This document shows positions 8,952 through 17,897 of a stretch of DNA of 34,458 nucleotides, piece by piece. How positions within the stretch are numbered: the first letter of the stretch is position 1; each line of letters begins with the position of its first letter. Made by a program: the position numbers and the translations under genes. The DNA comes from a virus. The notes below the pieces were generated by a model. It was not told where the DNA came from. It was given only the letters and a program-made list of their open reading frames with translations, and made no database searches. The stretch lies in IMG/VR virus record IMGVR_UViG_3300044995_000220; one strand, written 5' to 3'.

Positions 8952-11027
8952 ATGGCAGCAACTGATTGGTTGAACAACCCTCAAGCCGGCGTCGTACGCA
9001 CAGTCCGTCCAGGACAAATCACAATGACGCGCCTCGTAGAAGAGATTTTGACAAGCGAAGCAGGAGGTATCGCGTTTCTAGAAGCCGGCACCGGAACAGG
9101 CAAAAGCTTCGCATATCTAATCCCTACTCTGTTAAGCAACAAGCGCGTAGTCATCTCAACCGCAAAGAAAACGCTTCAAACTCAGCTCATAGAAAAAGAT
9201 CTGCCATTTCTTACCAGCAAGATCAAGCCCACAACATACGCTTTGCTAAAAGGCAAAAACAACTACGCTTGCATGCTCCGTTTCAAGGAGTTGATCACAA
9301 CCGACGCATACAAACAGTTACCGCAGTATGAGCGCAACACCATCGAAGAGTGGATAGAGCAAAGCGCAGCTAACGATCTCTCAGAACTGAGCCCACCATT
9401 CACATTAGAAAATCTTATACGCGTCGCTGAGTGTGTACGTAAAAGTTGCCCATACGCTGAAAACGCGTGCGGCTATATCGCTGCACGAGATGCTGCGCTT
9501 AATGCTCAAATTGTCGTCGTAAACCACGCACTCCTTGCTTATGATCTTTCGGTTGGTGGTGGCAAAATCCTTGGCAAATACGACGCACTAGTAATCGACG
9601 AAGCGCATCAAGCACCAAAATATTTTCGCGAAGCAGTCTCACTAAAACTGCATCACAAACACCCTGAAATGCTCCGGCGTTTGTTCAACGGCACTGAATA
9701 TGAACCGCACGAAATCCTCGACAACATCTATAACACAATTTTTACAAAGGTGCCGGTAAAGAACGATAAGCTCAATTTAACTCCTGAGTTAATACAGGTA
9801 TTTGAAGATTTACACGAAGAACTTGAACGCATCTACGAAAGGTTGGCTATAAAAGGATTACTTAATGAAGACGACGCAGCCGACACAACAGACAGCATTA
9901 TAGCGACAGCACGCGCAAAACTTAAAGCTGGTGCAGTACTAATCGAAAAATGCCGCAAACTCGTCAAGATTGTGCTTGGGAAGCATGTAATACGTAACGA
10001 AGAAGGCGATATCATCGACGGCGATGAAACCGACTACTTATGCTACGTTGAGAAACGCGGTCGTAGCGAAGTACCAGAAATTGTCGTCACACCAATTGAA
10101 ATAGGACCGATAATTGCACCCGCGCTCATTGGAATTAAGCGAGTCGTTATAACGAGCGCGACTCTCGCAACAGCTAACGGAATGGACTACATGGCCCGTG
10201 AATACGGTCTTCATGCTAGTCAAATCACCATCAAAACTACACTGCCATCTCCATTTGATTACAAATCTCGCTCAACAGCGTACATTTCACCTACGGCACC
10301 AGATCCTTCGTCTCGCGGAGACGAATACTACGCGGCCCTGAGCAGCGAAATCCACGAACTACTCGTCGCGTCACGAGGAGGCGCATTTGTACTTTGCGCA
10401 TCTTACGACGACATGAATAACCTAGCAGATGGATGCCGTGAGCTGTTACGCCAAGAACCAAAAAACGGAACAACACCATACATTATTGCAACACAAACAA
10501 GCTCTCCCGAATCGATGTTAGAGTGGTTTCGTAAAACACCGCGAGGAGCGCTATTTGCAGTGAAAACATTTTGGGAGGGCGTCGACCAACCAGGTCTTGC
10601 TCTACGTCTAGTCATCATTCCTCGACTACCGTTCCCAAACGCAAGTGACGTCGTACTACAAGCGCGCAAAGAAGCAGTTGTTGAACATCTCATAGAGCAA
10701 GGCTATGAACAGGGCCGTGCTCAGATCCAAACATGGGAAGACTTCGATTTACAAGAAGCAATCATGGATCTGAAACAAGGTGCTGGTCGCCTAATCCGCA
10801 CTGAGACAGATATGGGTGTCGTCGCCCTGCTTGACAAACGCGCTTACAGGAATACCAAAAAATACTCTAGTAAGGTGCGCAACGCCTTACCAATGCCCAC
10901 AACCTACGAAAAAGACAAAGTGCTCCGCTTTCTCACAATGCTTGCCGATAAAGTAACGCCTGAGAACACAACTTCCTCTACGATCGTACCCATCGTAAAG
11001 AAACGTGATTATCCTAACGCATTGTAA
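8952..11027 (+). CDS. dinG: DinG/YoaA-family SF2 DNA helicase with Fe-S cluster
   Basis: RPGQ Q-motif, EAGTGTGKS, STAKKTLQTQL, KGKNNYAC plus ECVRKSCPY..ACGY cysteines, VVNHALL, DEAHQ, TSATL, FWEGVD, RLPF, QGAGRLIR. ATG 8952 preferred (GGAG upstream). Confidence 0.93.
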   Translation: MAATDWLNNPQAGVVRTVRPGQITMTRLVEEILTSEAGGIAFLEAGTGTGKSFAYLIPTLLSNKRVVISTAKKTLQTQLIEKDLPFLTSKIKPTTYALLKGKNNYACMLRFKELITTDAYKQLPQYERNTIEEWIEQSAANDLSELSPPFTLENLIRVAECVRKSCPYAENACGYIAARDAALNAQIVVVNHALLAYDLSVGGGKILGKYDALVIDEAHQAPKYFREAVSLKLHHKHPEMLRRLFNGTEYEPHEILDNIYNTIFTKVPVKNDKLNLTPELIQVFEDLHEELERIYERLAIKGLLNEDDAADTTDSIIATARAKLKAGAVLIEKCRKLVKIVLGKHVIRNEEGDIIDGDETDYLCYVEKRGRSEVPEIVVTPIEIGPIIAPALIGIKRVVITSATLATANGMDYMAREYGLHASQITIKTTLPSPFDYKSRSTAYISPTAPDPSSRGDEYYAALSSEIHELLVASRGGAFVLCASYDDMNNLADGCRELLRQEPKNGTTPYIIATQTSSPESMLEWFRKTPRGALFAVKTFWEGVDQPGLALRLVIIPRLPFPNASDVVLQARKEAVVEHLIEQGYEQGRAQIQTWEDFDLQEAIMDLKQGAGRLIRTETDMGVVALLDKRAYRNTKKYSSKVRNALPMPTTYEKDKVLRFLTMLADKVTPENTTSSTIVPIVKKRDYPNAL

Positions 11028-11078
11028 ACGGCGTAAAGTTCCTCAAATATTGACGCCGTACCTTGCGTAGAATTACGT

Positions 11079-11567
11079 TTGTTTGTGTTTCCTGACGTCC
11101 CCGATCGCGTCCCAACCACACACTGCGTTACTTGCCGGCAACCGTTAGGTCCTGGTCACGCTGTGATCAAAGTCCTAACGGTTGCCGGCATAGGACCAGG
11201 CGCTGGTTTGGCTCGCACCGTTTATATAAACGAAGTAATTGAATTAGCGCATGCACGCTGTGCAACCCCCGATGTAAAATGGATGCATCGTGAAATCCCT
11301 CGCAGTAAACTCAAAGTTGGAGATCCAGATTTCGTGCCAGCCCGAGCCCCAGATTACCAGTGTCTATTTTGCGGTAAGGTTTATGAACGTGGTGACCGGA
11401 TTGTTGAAATCCTGCGCACCGAAGGACCCGCCTTAGACTCCGACAAAATCCCAGCAATGCGATGCAGTGCAGGTTATGAAACCGCACACAAAGACTGCAA
11501 TGATCCAAAAGGTCTCAATGGCGGCGCTCCACTCATCATCATGAGTAGTGGCAATAATTCGACATGA
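11079..11567 (+). CDS. Protein with two tandem CxxC-x38-HxxC zinc-binding domains
   Basis: CVTC...HARC and CLFC...HKDC with identical spacing. Confidence 0.7.
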   Translation: MFVFPDVPDRVPTTHCVTCRQPLGPGHAVIKVLTVAGIGPGAGLARTVYINEVIELAHARCATPDVKWMHREIPRSKLKVGDPDFVPARAPDYQCLFCGKVYERGDRIVEILRTEGPALDSDKIPAMRCSAGYETAHKDCNDPKGLNGGAPLIIMSSGNNST

Positions 11568-12070
11568 CACGCGAAAGAGAAACACCAAAAGGCATTCTCA
11601 GCCCATGGAGCCTCACGCGTGAAGAGCCCGCGCAAACTGTTGAGGAACAGCTGCGCGAAAAGATGCGCCCCGGCCGAACGCCAGTTGCAATACAAGGGCG
11701 TCAATATCACTTACTCATAACGCTGCCCATTAGCTTCAAACGCGATGACTCTGCCGTTAACAACGCTAAAACGGCAGCAATGCACGTGTTTGGTGAGTTT
11801 TTATCGCGAGCTGCAACCAGAGAATTCGTAGAACTGCTCGCAAAGCAAAAACTTTCACTCAAAGAAGAAGCAATCCTCGGCCCACGCGTCATATTTGAGC
11901 TCGGACCAGTCAAGCTATATGCTGCCGCAAGTTCACATGATGCCAAACTTGCACAAGCAATGGCAGTTGATCGACTTGCCCTTGTACTTACACAAGCTCG
12001 ACTCACAATCCCAAATTTTGATAAGCTCATGGCTGAGCATTACCTTGAGATCGTAAGGAACACTACATGA
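11564..12070 (+). CDS. Hypothetical protein (168 aa)
   Basis: ATGA-coupled to both neighbours. Confidence 0.7.
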   Translation: MTRERETPKGILSPWSLTREEPAQTVEEQLREKMRPGRTPVAIQGRQYHLLITLPISFKRDDSAVNNAKTAAMHVFGEFLSRAATREFVELLAKQKLSLKEEAILGPRVIFELGPVKLYAAASSHDAKLAQAMAVDRLALVLTQARLTIPNFDKLMAEHYLEIVRNTT

Positions 12071-12324
12071 GCAACACCATTAAATGCCGAGACTGCATCT
12101 ACTACGACCCTCAATTTAAATTTACGCCCAAAGGCTTCAAAGAAGCGTGGTATGGCTGGTGCACCAAAAAATCAATCTACCCACATAAAACACCCGACGG
12201 ACAAATCATTCCTGAAGGCGTGCATCGTGTAAATGAAGACGAACCAATTGCCAAACCATTCATTGTTGATGGCTCGAAAGTACTAATTTCTTGTACTGAT
12301 GCTGTAAAAAATAACGCACCATGA
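12067..12324 (+). CDS. Small Cys-containing hypothetical protein (85 aa)
   Basis: CRDC...GWC...C pattern; coupled in operon. Confidence 0.7.
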   Translation: MSNTIKCRDCIYYDPQFKFTPKGFKEAWYGWCTKKSIYPHKTPDGQIIPEGVHRVNEDEPIAKPFIVDGSKVLISCTDAVKNNAP

Positions 12325-12731
12325 CAGTCCAACCCAAAATTTATGTTCCAGGGCAAAACCGAGAAGCAGACAAGCTCAACGAGCTATATGAACAGCTCAA
12401 TGGTTCAACGTTCGCTGAACGTACTGCTGAACGTGTTGAACGCGACCCAAACGACCCCTTTGGCTTCAATGAGCCGTATGAACTCACTGAAGATTATGAT
12501 GTCGCCAAACACGTAGCTGTAAAACTTACAAAGTTCTTTGCTCTCTGTGTACAGGACTACAGGCTTTCACCACGCGCTGCGATGTTCGCTGCTGAGCTGA
12601 TGGCACTCAACATCTTCAATGCTAAGGACATCCCAGCTTCAGCCGAAGAAATTAATGATGCGCGTAAAGCAGCATACGAATACTTCGTAGCATCACTTCC
12701 TCTTGTGCCTGATCCAAAACCTGTACGCTAA
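12321..12731 (+). CDS. Hypothetical protein (136 aa)
   Basis: Coupled in operon. Confidence 0.7.
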   Translation: MTVQPKIYVPGQNREADKLNELYEQLNGSTFAERTAERVERDPNDPFGFNEPYELTEDYDVAKHVAVKLTKFFALCVQDYRLSPRAAMFAAELMALNIFNAKDIPASAEEINDARKAAYEYFVASLPLVPDPKPVR

Positions 12732-13096
12732 TGGAACATTCAGAATACCTTTATCTCCTATTGCGCGCACAAGAAATTCAGAAAATGTCGCGCCGTGCAG
12801 CTGAAGAAGGCGAAGAATTTTTTCCAGCTGACACATTTACGCCGTTATCTTCGGGGCTTGAAGCGCAAGCTGTACTCCGTCCTATACAGCCTAATGGTAC
12901 TGATGCACTGATACTGCGGCTACGCCACCGCGATGATGGCGTCGATCGAACTGATCTTGTACGGCGCACGCAACACATCTTTTTCCCTGGCACATACACC
13001 GTTGTACCCGCCGTAATCCGCGAACGCGGATGGTGCGAATACCTCGCCTACGCCGAACCTGCTCCTGAAATACCAGGAGCACTTCGTACGTCGTAA
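12731..13096 (+). CDS. Hypothetical protein (121 aa)
   Basis: TAATG stop/start overlap. Confidence 0.7.
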   Translation: MEHSEYLYLLLRAQEIQKMSRRAAEEGEEFFPADTFTPLSSGLEAQAVLRPIQPNGTDALILRLRHRDDGVDRTDLVRRTQHIFFPGTYTVVPAVIRERGWCEYLAYAEPAPEIPGALRTS

Positions 13097-13120
13097 AGAT
13101 TCGTTATTAAGTGGTAAAAG
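13094..13120 (+). promoter_or_regulatory. Putative phage promoter TAAA-N15-GGTAAAAG (copy 1)
   Basis: Motif recurs five times at gene boundaries; followed here by a hairpin and GGAGG SD. Confidence 0.6.
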
Positions 13121-13166
13121 CCTCTGTTGTTGGACCCATTGTGGGTTCAACACGGGAGGTTTTGCC

Positions 13167-14501
13167 ATGAAATTCCGCTACCCCATCACAAGCAACTATG
13201 TTGCTGAATGGAAACTAGCGCACGCGGTGCGCGAGATAATAGCTAACGCCATTGACTCAGAAACTGAGCACGGCGCAAACTTCAGCGTAAAATACGACGC
13301 TGACAAATCCCAGCTCACAGTACGTAACGAAAATATAAAAATAAACCCTAAATCACTGTACTTCGGTGAATCCTCAAAACGAGGAAATGTGCACTACATC
13401 GGGCAGTACGGTGAAGGTCTCAAACTAGCAATGCTAGTATTTGCGCGCGATGGTATCGACGTCACGATCAAAAACGGCGACGAAACATGGAAACCTTTAA
13501 TTGAGAAAGACAACCTTGGCGTTGAGACACTTTGTATCAACATCACCAAAACTAAACGGACAACCAACAACTTCGAAGTCATCATCCAAGGAATCAATAA
13601 AGAATTTTGGGAGATGATTCAAAGTTGGTTTTTACGTTTGAATCCGCCAAACAGCGTACACAAAACGTCAGCGGGGGAGCTAATCGACGACCCGCGCTTC
13701 ATCGGAAAAGTTTATGTCCGAGGTGTTTACGTCACTACACGCAACAAATACACCTTCGGATACAATTTCTTCAACGTTGATACTGGTCGCGATCGACGTA
13801 TACCGTCGAATTACGACATTAACTTAGCGATCAGCAAAATGTGGAACGAAATAGCAAAGCGCGAAGACAGTAAACTCATCGCGCGCATGTATAAGAGCTT
13901 CGAACAAGAAGCAGCCGAACAAGAAGTTTTTGCATACATCGCACCAGAAAGTCTTATTGACGCAATGCTCAGTCAATTTCGAAAAGAATACGGTGAAAAC
14001 GCCGTACCAGTTGTTGGCACAGCTGAGGGATCTAGCTTAGAACACCTCGGATACACACCCGTCCCTCTAGCCCCCAAATTGGTGAACTTACTGCGCTATC
14101 GACTGCCAACACCTGAACAAATAAGTAAAGAATACAGCGAAAAAATCGAAACACGTTTCCCTCTGTATGCTCTAACGGAAAACGAACGCAGCAATCTATT
14201 CGCTGCACTAGACCTTATTCGACCATACGTCAAAGACGCCATAAATCGCGTTGCAATTGTGCGTTTTGCGTCAGAAAAAGTCGAGGGCCTGCACAACGGA
14301 AATCAAATCTCCATTGCACGGTCCACGCTCAGCAACTTCGGTAAGCTAGTCACATTACTTGTGCATGAATTCGCACACGACTTCGGCGAAGATGGAACAG
14401 TCTCGCATATCGCAGCCATTCACAAAATCAACGAAGCCGTGATCAATTCTCTGTGGGCTCGGGCATCATCGAATCAGACGTCTGTGCCTCTTGGAACTTA
14501 G
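13167..14501 (+). CDS. GHKL (HATPase_c-type) ATPase fused to a C-terminal zincin-like HExxH domain (444 aa)
   Basis: AVREIIANAIDS N-box, FGESSK, IGQYGEGLK G-box; C-terminal GLH...LLVHEFAH...H. Confidence 0.8.
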   Translation: MKFRYPITSNYVAEWKLAHAVREIIANAIDSETEHGANFSVKYDADKSQLTVRNENIKINPKSLYFGESSKRGNVHYIGQYGEGLKLAMLVFARDGIDVTIKNGDETWKPLIEKDNLGVETLCINITKTKRTTNNFEVIIQGINKEFWEMIQSWFLRLNPPNSVHKTSAGELIDDPRFIGKVYVRGVYVTTRNKYTFGYNFFNVDTGRDRRIPSNYDINLAISKMWNEIAKREDSKLIARMYKSFEQEAAEQEVFAYIAPESLIDAMLSQFRKEYGENAVPVVGTAEGSSLEHLGYTPVPLAPKLVNLLRYRLPTPEQISKEYSEKIETRFPLYALTENERSNLFAALDLIRPYVKDAINRVAIVRFASEKVEGLHNGNQISIARSTLSNFGKLVTLLVHEFAHDFGEDGTVSHIAAIHKINEAVINSLWARASSNQTSVPLGT

Positions 14502-14853
14502 CAGCTGCTTCAACCAATAACTTAACCGTCTCCGGATTGCGCAGCGCCGCCTTCAAGGGTTCCGGCAAGCTTGATACTCGCACCGCATCTGCTGGAATCA
14601 TTCCAGCTCGACGCTGCGCAAAGCGGTGAAATGCTTGCAACACCTTAAACAAATCGACACCGCTCGCACGCATTACTTCAAACACAAATGCGAGCGCTGG
14701 TTTCGACAACGCCCAGGCCTCCCACTGCTCGGGCGTCTTTTTTCGCAGGGCCACATTTAGAATGGCCGTAATAAATGGCCAAACAAGTAGGCCCATGATC
14801 AAGTCCTGATTACGAATCAGGAAAGCACCAACTGACGTACACGAATGTTCCAT
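14443..14853 (-). CDS. Small membrane protein, possibly holin-like (136 aa)
   Basis: Hydrophobic segment LIMGLLVWPFITAILNVAL followed by RKK and a second amphipathic stretch; TATCCT-N6-ATG upstream. Confidence 0.5.
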   Translation of the reverse strand: MEHSCTSVGAFLIRNQDLIMGLLVWPFITAILNVALRKKTPEQWEAWALSKPALAFVFEVMRASGVDLFKVLQAFHRFAQRRAGMIPADAVRVSSLPEPLKAALRNPETVKLLVEAAAKFQEAQTSDSMMPEPTEN

Positions 14854-14870
14854 ACCGAAAGGATAGTCAC

Positions 14871-15290
14871 ATGAGCAACCTCGTCAAACTGCCTGTAATC
14901 AAACCGACAGTTAGTTTCCCGAAGCTCGTCTCAATCTGCCGAAAGCGCTGCCGCTCTGGGGTAGTGCTCATCGGACTCGATCCTCTAACCGCAATGCGCT
15001 GCCGTGCTTTACTATATGCAAATACAGCGATCGCAGCGATTGACGAAACAGATAGCAAAAAAGCTCGTCTTGCACTTGAACGCATTGCAGACGCGTTCTT
15101 GCATGTGCATGACCAGCTTGCCGGCATCAGCTGGTATAGCTGGCCAAGCACAGTACGTGCAGAACGACGCTTCACACTGCGTATGCTCGATAGCGCAATG
15201 ACACGCGCTGAGTTACGACGCGTCAGCAACGCACTCATTCAGTTTTTCCAGAAAAGCTCCGCGCTTAGGAACAAGCCCGTCGCAGCGTAA
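14871..15290 (+). CDS. Hypothetical basic protein (139 aa)
   Basis: AAGGA SD; hairpin at the stop. Confidence 0.55.
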   Translation: MSNLVKLPVIKPTVSFPKLVSICRKRCRSGVVLIGLDPLTAMRCRALLYANTAIAAIDETDSKKARLALERIADAFLHVHDQLAGISWYSWPSTVRAERRFTLRMLDSAMTRAELRRVSNALIQFFQKSSALRNKPVAA

Positions 15291-15305
15291 GCGGCGGGCT
15301 TGTTC
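15269..15305 (+). terminator. Stem-loop at gene end (possible terminator)
   Basis: gaacaagcccgtcgc-agcgtaa-gcggcgggcttgttc; no clear U-tract. Confidence 0.45.
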
Positions 15306-15364
15306 TCCCGCGCCATGTACTAAGTTATAGTACAGCGCGGAATTATCAGCAGCGGGGCAAAATC

Positions 15365-15598
15365 ATGCTGGACGAAGTACTCAATGCTATTGAAGAATAT
15401 GCGAACGCATCGCTTGACGGGCAACTAGACCCTCAAATCGAACAAATCAAAAAAGAGCTAGAAAAGCTCAGCGATCGCGATATTGAAGAAATGCGCAAAA
15501 CAACAAACCCTTTAGAATGGGTAAAATTGTTTTTGAGCGCACTTACATTAGGTAAACAACTACGCGATATGATCCGCGATGTACGCAATCTTCCTTAA
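15365..15598 (+). CDS. Hypothetical helical protein (77 aa)
   Basis: ORF with codon style typical of the window. Confidence 0.6.
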   Translation: MLDEVLNAIEEYANASLDGQLDPQIEQIKKELEKLSDRDIEEMRKTTNPLEWVKLFLSALTLGKQLRDMIRDVRNLP

Positions 15599-16062
15599 TT
15601 AGTAAACGACGCCCTCGACGCGAGTTCAGTCGCGTCGAGGGCGTCACGCATTGATGGATGCGATGCACGTCCAGGGCCATTACCGGGAAGCCCAGCAAGG
15701 AATGCGTGAACTGTACCAATAGCTTGTTGTGCATCGCGCAACACCGTACGAACATCTGGAGCAGGACTCCCTGCATGCGCCGCAAGACGCAGTCCATCCT
15801 GCACAACAAACAACGCACGATCTACATTAGTTACGAGCGCATTGAAACGCGCACGCGTGAGTTCTACATCAGGCGCTCCACTCGTAGTCGCCCAAATTTC
15901 AAAGGCGCTGCGAGCCAAAGAAAGCGCAGTTTGGATGTAATTCACACTAGTCAAAATTCCAGCTACTGGATTAGTGCGCAGCTGTTCAAACCATGCAGCG
16001 CAACCGCTAGTTGAAACAACAAGAACAAACAATACTCCATACAGTAGTTTTTTCATTTTCAT
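15595..16062 (-). CDS. Lipoprotein (helical)
   Basis: MKMKKLLYGVLFVLVVSTSG-C signal peptide II with lipobox-like Cys; start 16062 gives an ATGA overlap with the upstream gene. Confidence 0.75.
   Translation of the reverse strand: MKMKKLLYGVLFVLVVSTSGCAAWFEQLRTNPVAGILTSVNYIQTALSLARSAFEIWATTSGAPDVELTRARFNALVTNVDRALFVVQDGLRLAAHAGSPAPDVRTVLRDAQQAIGTVHAFLAGLPGNGPGRASHPSMRDALDATELASRASFTN
15608..15645. repeat. Perfect 16-bp inverted repeat inside the lipoprotein 3' end
   Basis: gacgccctcgacgcga-gttcag-tcgcgtcgagggcgtc, at the junction of convergent genes. Confidence 0.8.
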
Positions 16063-16763
16063 TTGACAGCTCTCCAATGTGCGTGTTTACGTGTTAGAGA
16101 ATGCGTAGTCCGACACCATTCAGGGCAGGCAGCACCATAATAATCACGCCGCCGTGCGTAGCCATTTTTGATAAATAGGATAGAAGCGTACCCAGTCTTA
16201 TGTATCGAAAAGGGCTTATCAAGCACGCGGCAGTGATCATACGGACCGTCTGCTTTTTCAATGAAAAACTCAGGGTATACAAAGTCAGAAAGCTCAACGC
16301 CGTTTACGGCGTAACCCACTCCCTGAACAGCGTCACACAGCTCCCTAGGCCACAGCTCCACAGTGCTGTCATCAAGAACGCGTACTACCTCCAAGTTGAG
16401 CCATTCGTTGCCAGCCATTTCAATGGCCTCGTGTGAAGCAACACGCGTCCAAGGCACCTTGTTGATCAAACAGTTTTCAATGAAAACATGTCCGATCGGT
16501 ACATAATCAGCACCTTGAGTCGAGTGGCGCCCTAAGAATCCAGCTTCAGATGCTTCACGCGGACTTCGCCAAAGATGAAGCTGCCACACCTTAGGATCTA
16601 GGTTCTGAGTGTCGCGCGCAACCCACGGCAATAAGTAGCGCCCCCAAACAGGGGTAACATCGTGCCGAAATTGTACATCCAAAGCATTGACAAAACGCGC
16701 AAGATCATGCTCACTAATAAGATCTGTTGTATGGTTGATCAACACAAGGGAAGTAACGCCCAT
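16059..16763 (-). CDS. Putative zincin-like metallopeptidase with variant HExxE motif (234 aa)
   Basis: LGRH...VASHEAIEM...ELCDAV...LSDFVYPEFF pattern. Confidence 0.55.
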   Translation of the reverse strand: MGVTSLVLINHTTDLISEHDLARFVNALDVQFRHDVTPVWGRYLLPWVARDTQNLDPKVWQLHLWRSPREASEAGFLGRHSTQGADYVPIGHVFIENCLINKVPWTRVASHEAIEMAGNEWLNLEVVRVLDDSTVELWPRELCDAVQGVGYAVNGVELSDFVYPEFFIEKADGPYDHCRVLDKPFSIHKTGYASILFIKNGYARRRDYYGAACPEWCRTTHSLTRKHAHWRAVK

Positions 16764-16959
16764 GGCAGAAATAAAAATAGCGCCTGGACGCGTGTCGCTT
16801 GCTAAGTTCCGCGAAGTAGTCGAAGCTTACCGCGTATACGACGAAGCGATGCGTACACCTCGCAACGAAGAAGGGCACTTCCCTGAGCACGAAGAAGTCT
16901 TACTTCAGTCTTTGGAGCGCAAAGTGATTGTATGGCTCCAATCTGTTCTTAAACCTTGA
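16762..16959 (+). CDS. Hypothetical protein (65 aa)
   Basis: MAEIKIAPGRVSL...; start shares a CATG with the divergent gene. Confidence 0.55.
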   Translation: MAEIKIAPGRVSLAKFREVVEAYRVYDEAMRTPRNEEGHFPEHEEVLLQSLERKVIVWLQSVLKP

Positions 16960-17007
16960 CTTCTTTACCCACAGTAGTAAACAAAAAACAAAGGAGGATT
17001 CACTGCC

Positions 17008-17184
17008 ATGACTGACGCAATCAAAGCCAAGATGCAAGCGCTGATCGCTGAAGCAAAGAATCACAAAGCCATGCGAGACATGGCTAATATGGATTACAAG
17101 TATACAATGAAGAAGCTTCGTATGCTTACAGAGGCTCACCCGGACATCGCCCGTGAACTGGGCCTCTTCGATGAAAAGGTCTAG
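17008..17184 (+). CDS. Small protein (58 aa), missing from ORF track
   Basis: AAGGAGG SD; MTDAIKAKMQALIAEAKNHKAMRDMANMDYKYTMKKLRMLTEAHPDIARELGLFDEKV*. Confidence 0.8.
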   Translation: MTDAIKAKMQALIAEAKNHKAMRDMANMDYKYTMKKLRMLTEAHPDIARELGLFDEKV

Positions 17185-17227
17185 TAAACTTTCAAAATTA
17201 ACTTCGCACCTCTAGCTCTGTATACAA

Positions 17228-17261
17228 TGCGGGCGCCGAGATAACAGTCTCGGCGCCCGCA
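17228..17261 (+). terminator. Perfect 14-bp GC-rich stem-loop (terminator or processing site)
   Basis: tgcgggcgccgaga-taacag-tctcggcgcccgca, intergenic, weak U-tract. Confidence 0.55.
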
Positions 17262-17272
17262 ACTATTTAAAC

Positions 17273-17896
17273 ATGGACAAGAAAACAAAAGAAGATCTAC
17301 GCCGCAAAATCGCACACATCCAATTCGACGCCAAGATGCTCGTTGGTCATCTCGATACAATGGCCAACGCGCTCGACAAAGAAGACTGGGACGTGTTGCG
17401 CTCGACAGTTTACCAACAACACGCCGATCTACAGCAAATCGTCCCGAGCATTATCTCGCTTGGACAACAGCTCGTCCAACTAGTCTTAAACAACCGTATT
17501 GAACACGACGCACCATGGAAACTGGCTGCTCTAACACACGTACTTCTGTACAAGTACTTGAATTTACATGGAGGCGTCTACGAAGCCATTTATGCACAAC
17601 TTAAACGCGCTATTGAAATCGGACAAAACCCCAACAGTACAGAACGGATCACACAAGATGATCCTGAGATCATAGACCTAGCAACACGCATTGGCGCTGA
17701 ACTCGAAAAACTCAAAGACGCGCCTACCCCTGAAGCCGTGCGCCTAACCGAAATAGTCGAATTGTGCGCAGCTGTGCTCTCACTGATATGTGAAGACACA
17801 CCCACAAATCGAACGAATGTACACACTGCATTCAGCACAGTCATACGCCAACTACCCGACGCCAGCACAGCACTAGAACTACTACAAGAGGGCTAA
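17273..17896 (+). CDS. Hypothetical helical protein (207 aa)
   Basis: ORF ends 1 nt before the helicase start. Confidence 0.7.
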   Translation: MDKKTKEDLRRKIAHIQFDAKMLVGHLDTMANALDKEDWDVLRSTVYQQHADLQQIVPSIISLGQQLVQLVLNNRIEHDAPWKLAALTHVLLYKYLNLHGGVYEAIYAQLKRAIEIGQNPNSTERITQDDPEIIDLATRIGAELEKLKDAPTPEAVRLTEIVELCAAVLSLICEDTPTNRTNVHTAFSTVIRQLPDASTALELLQEG

Positions 17897-17897
17897 A

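Noticed and set aside
8952-13096. Type IV-A CRISPR (CasDinG) locus
   Set aside because: No recognisable Cas7, Cas5 or Cas6 motifs in neighbouring ORFs and no adjacent array.
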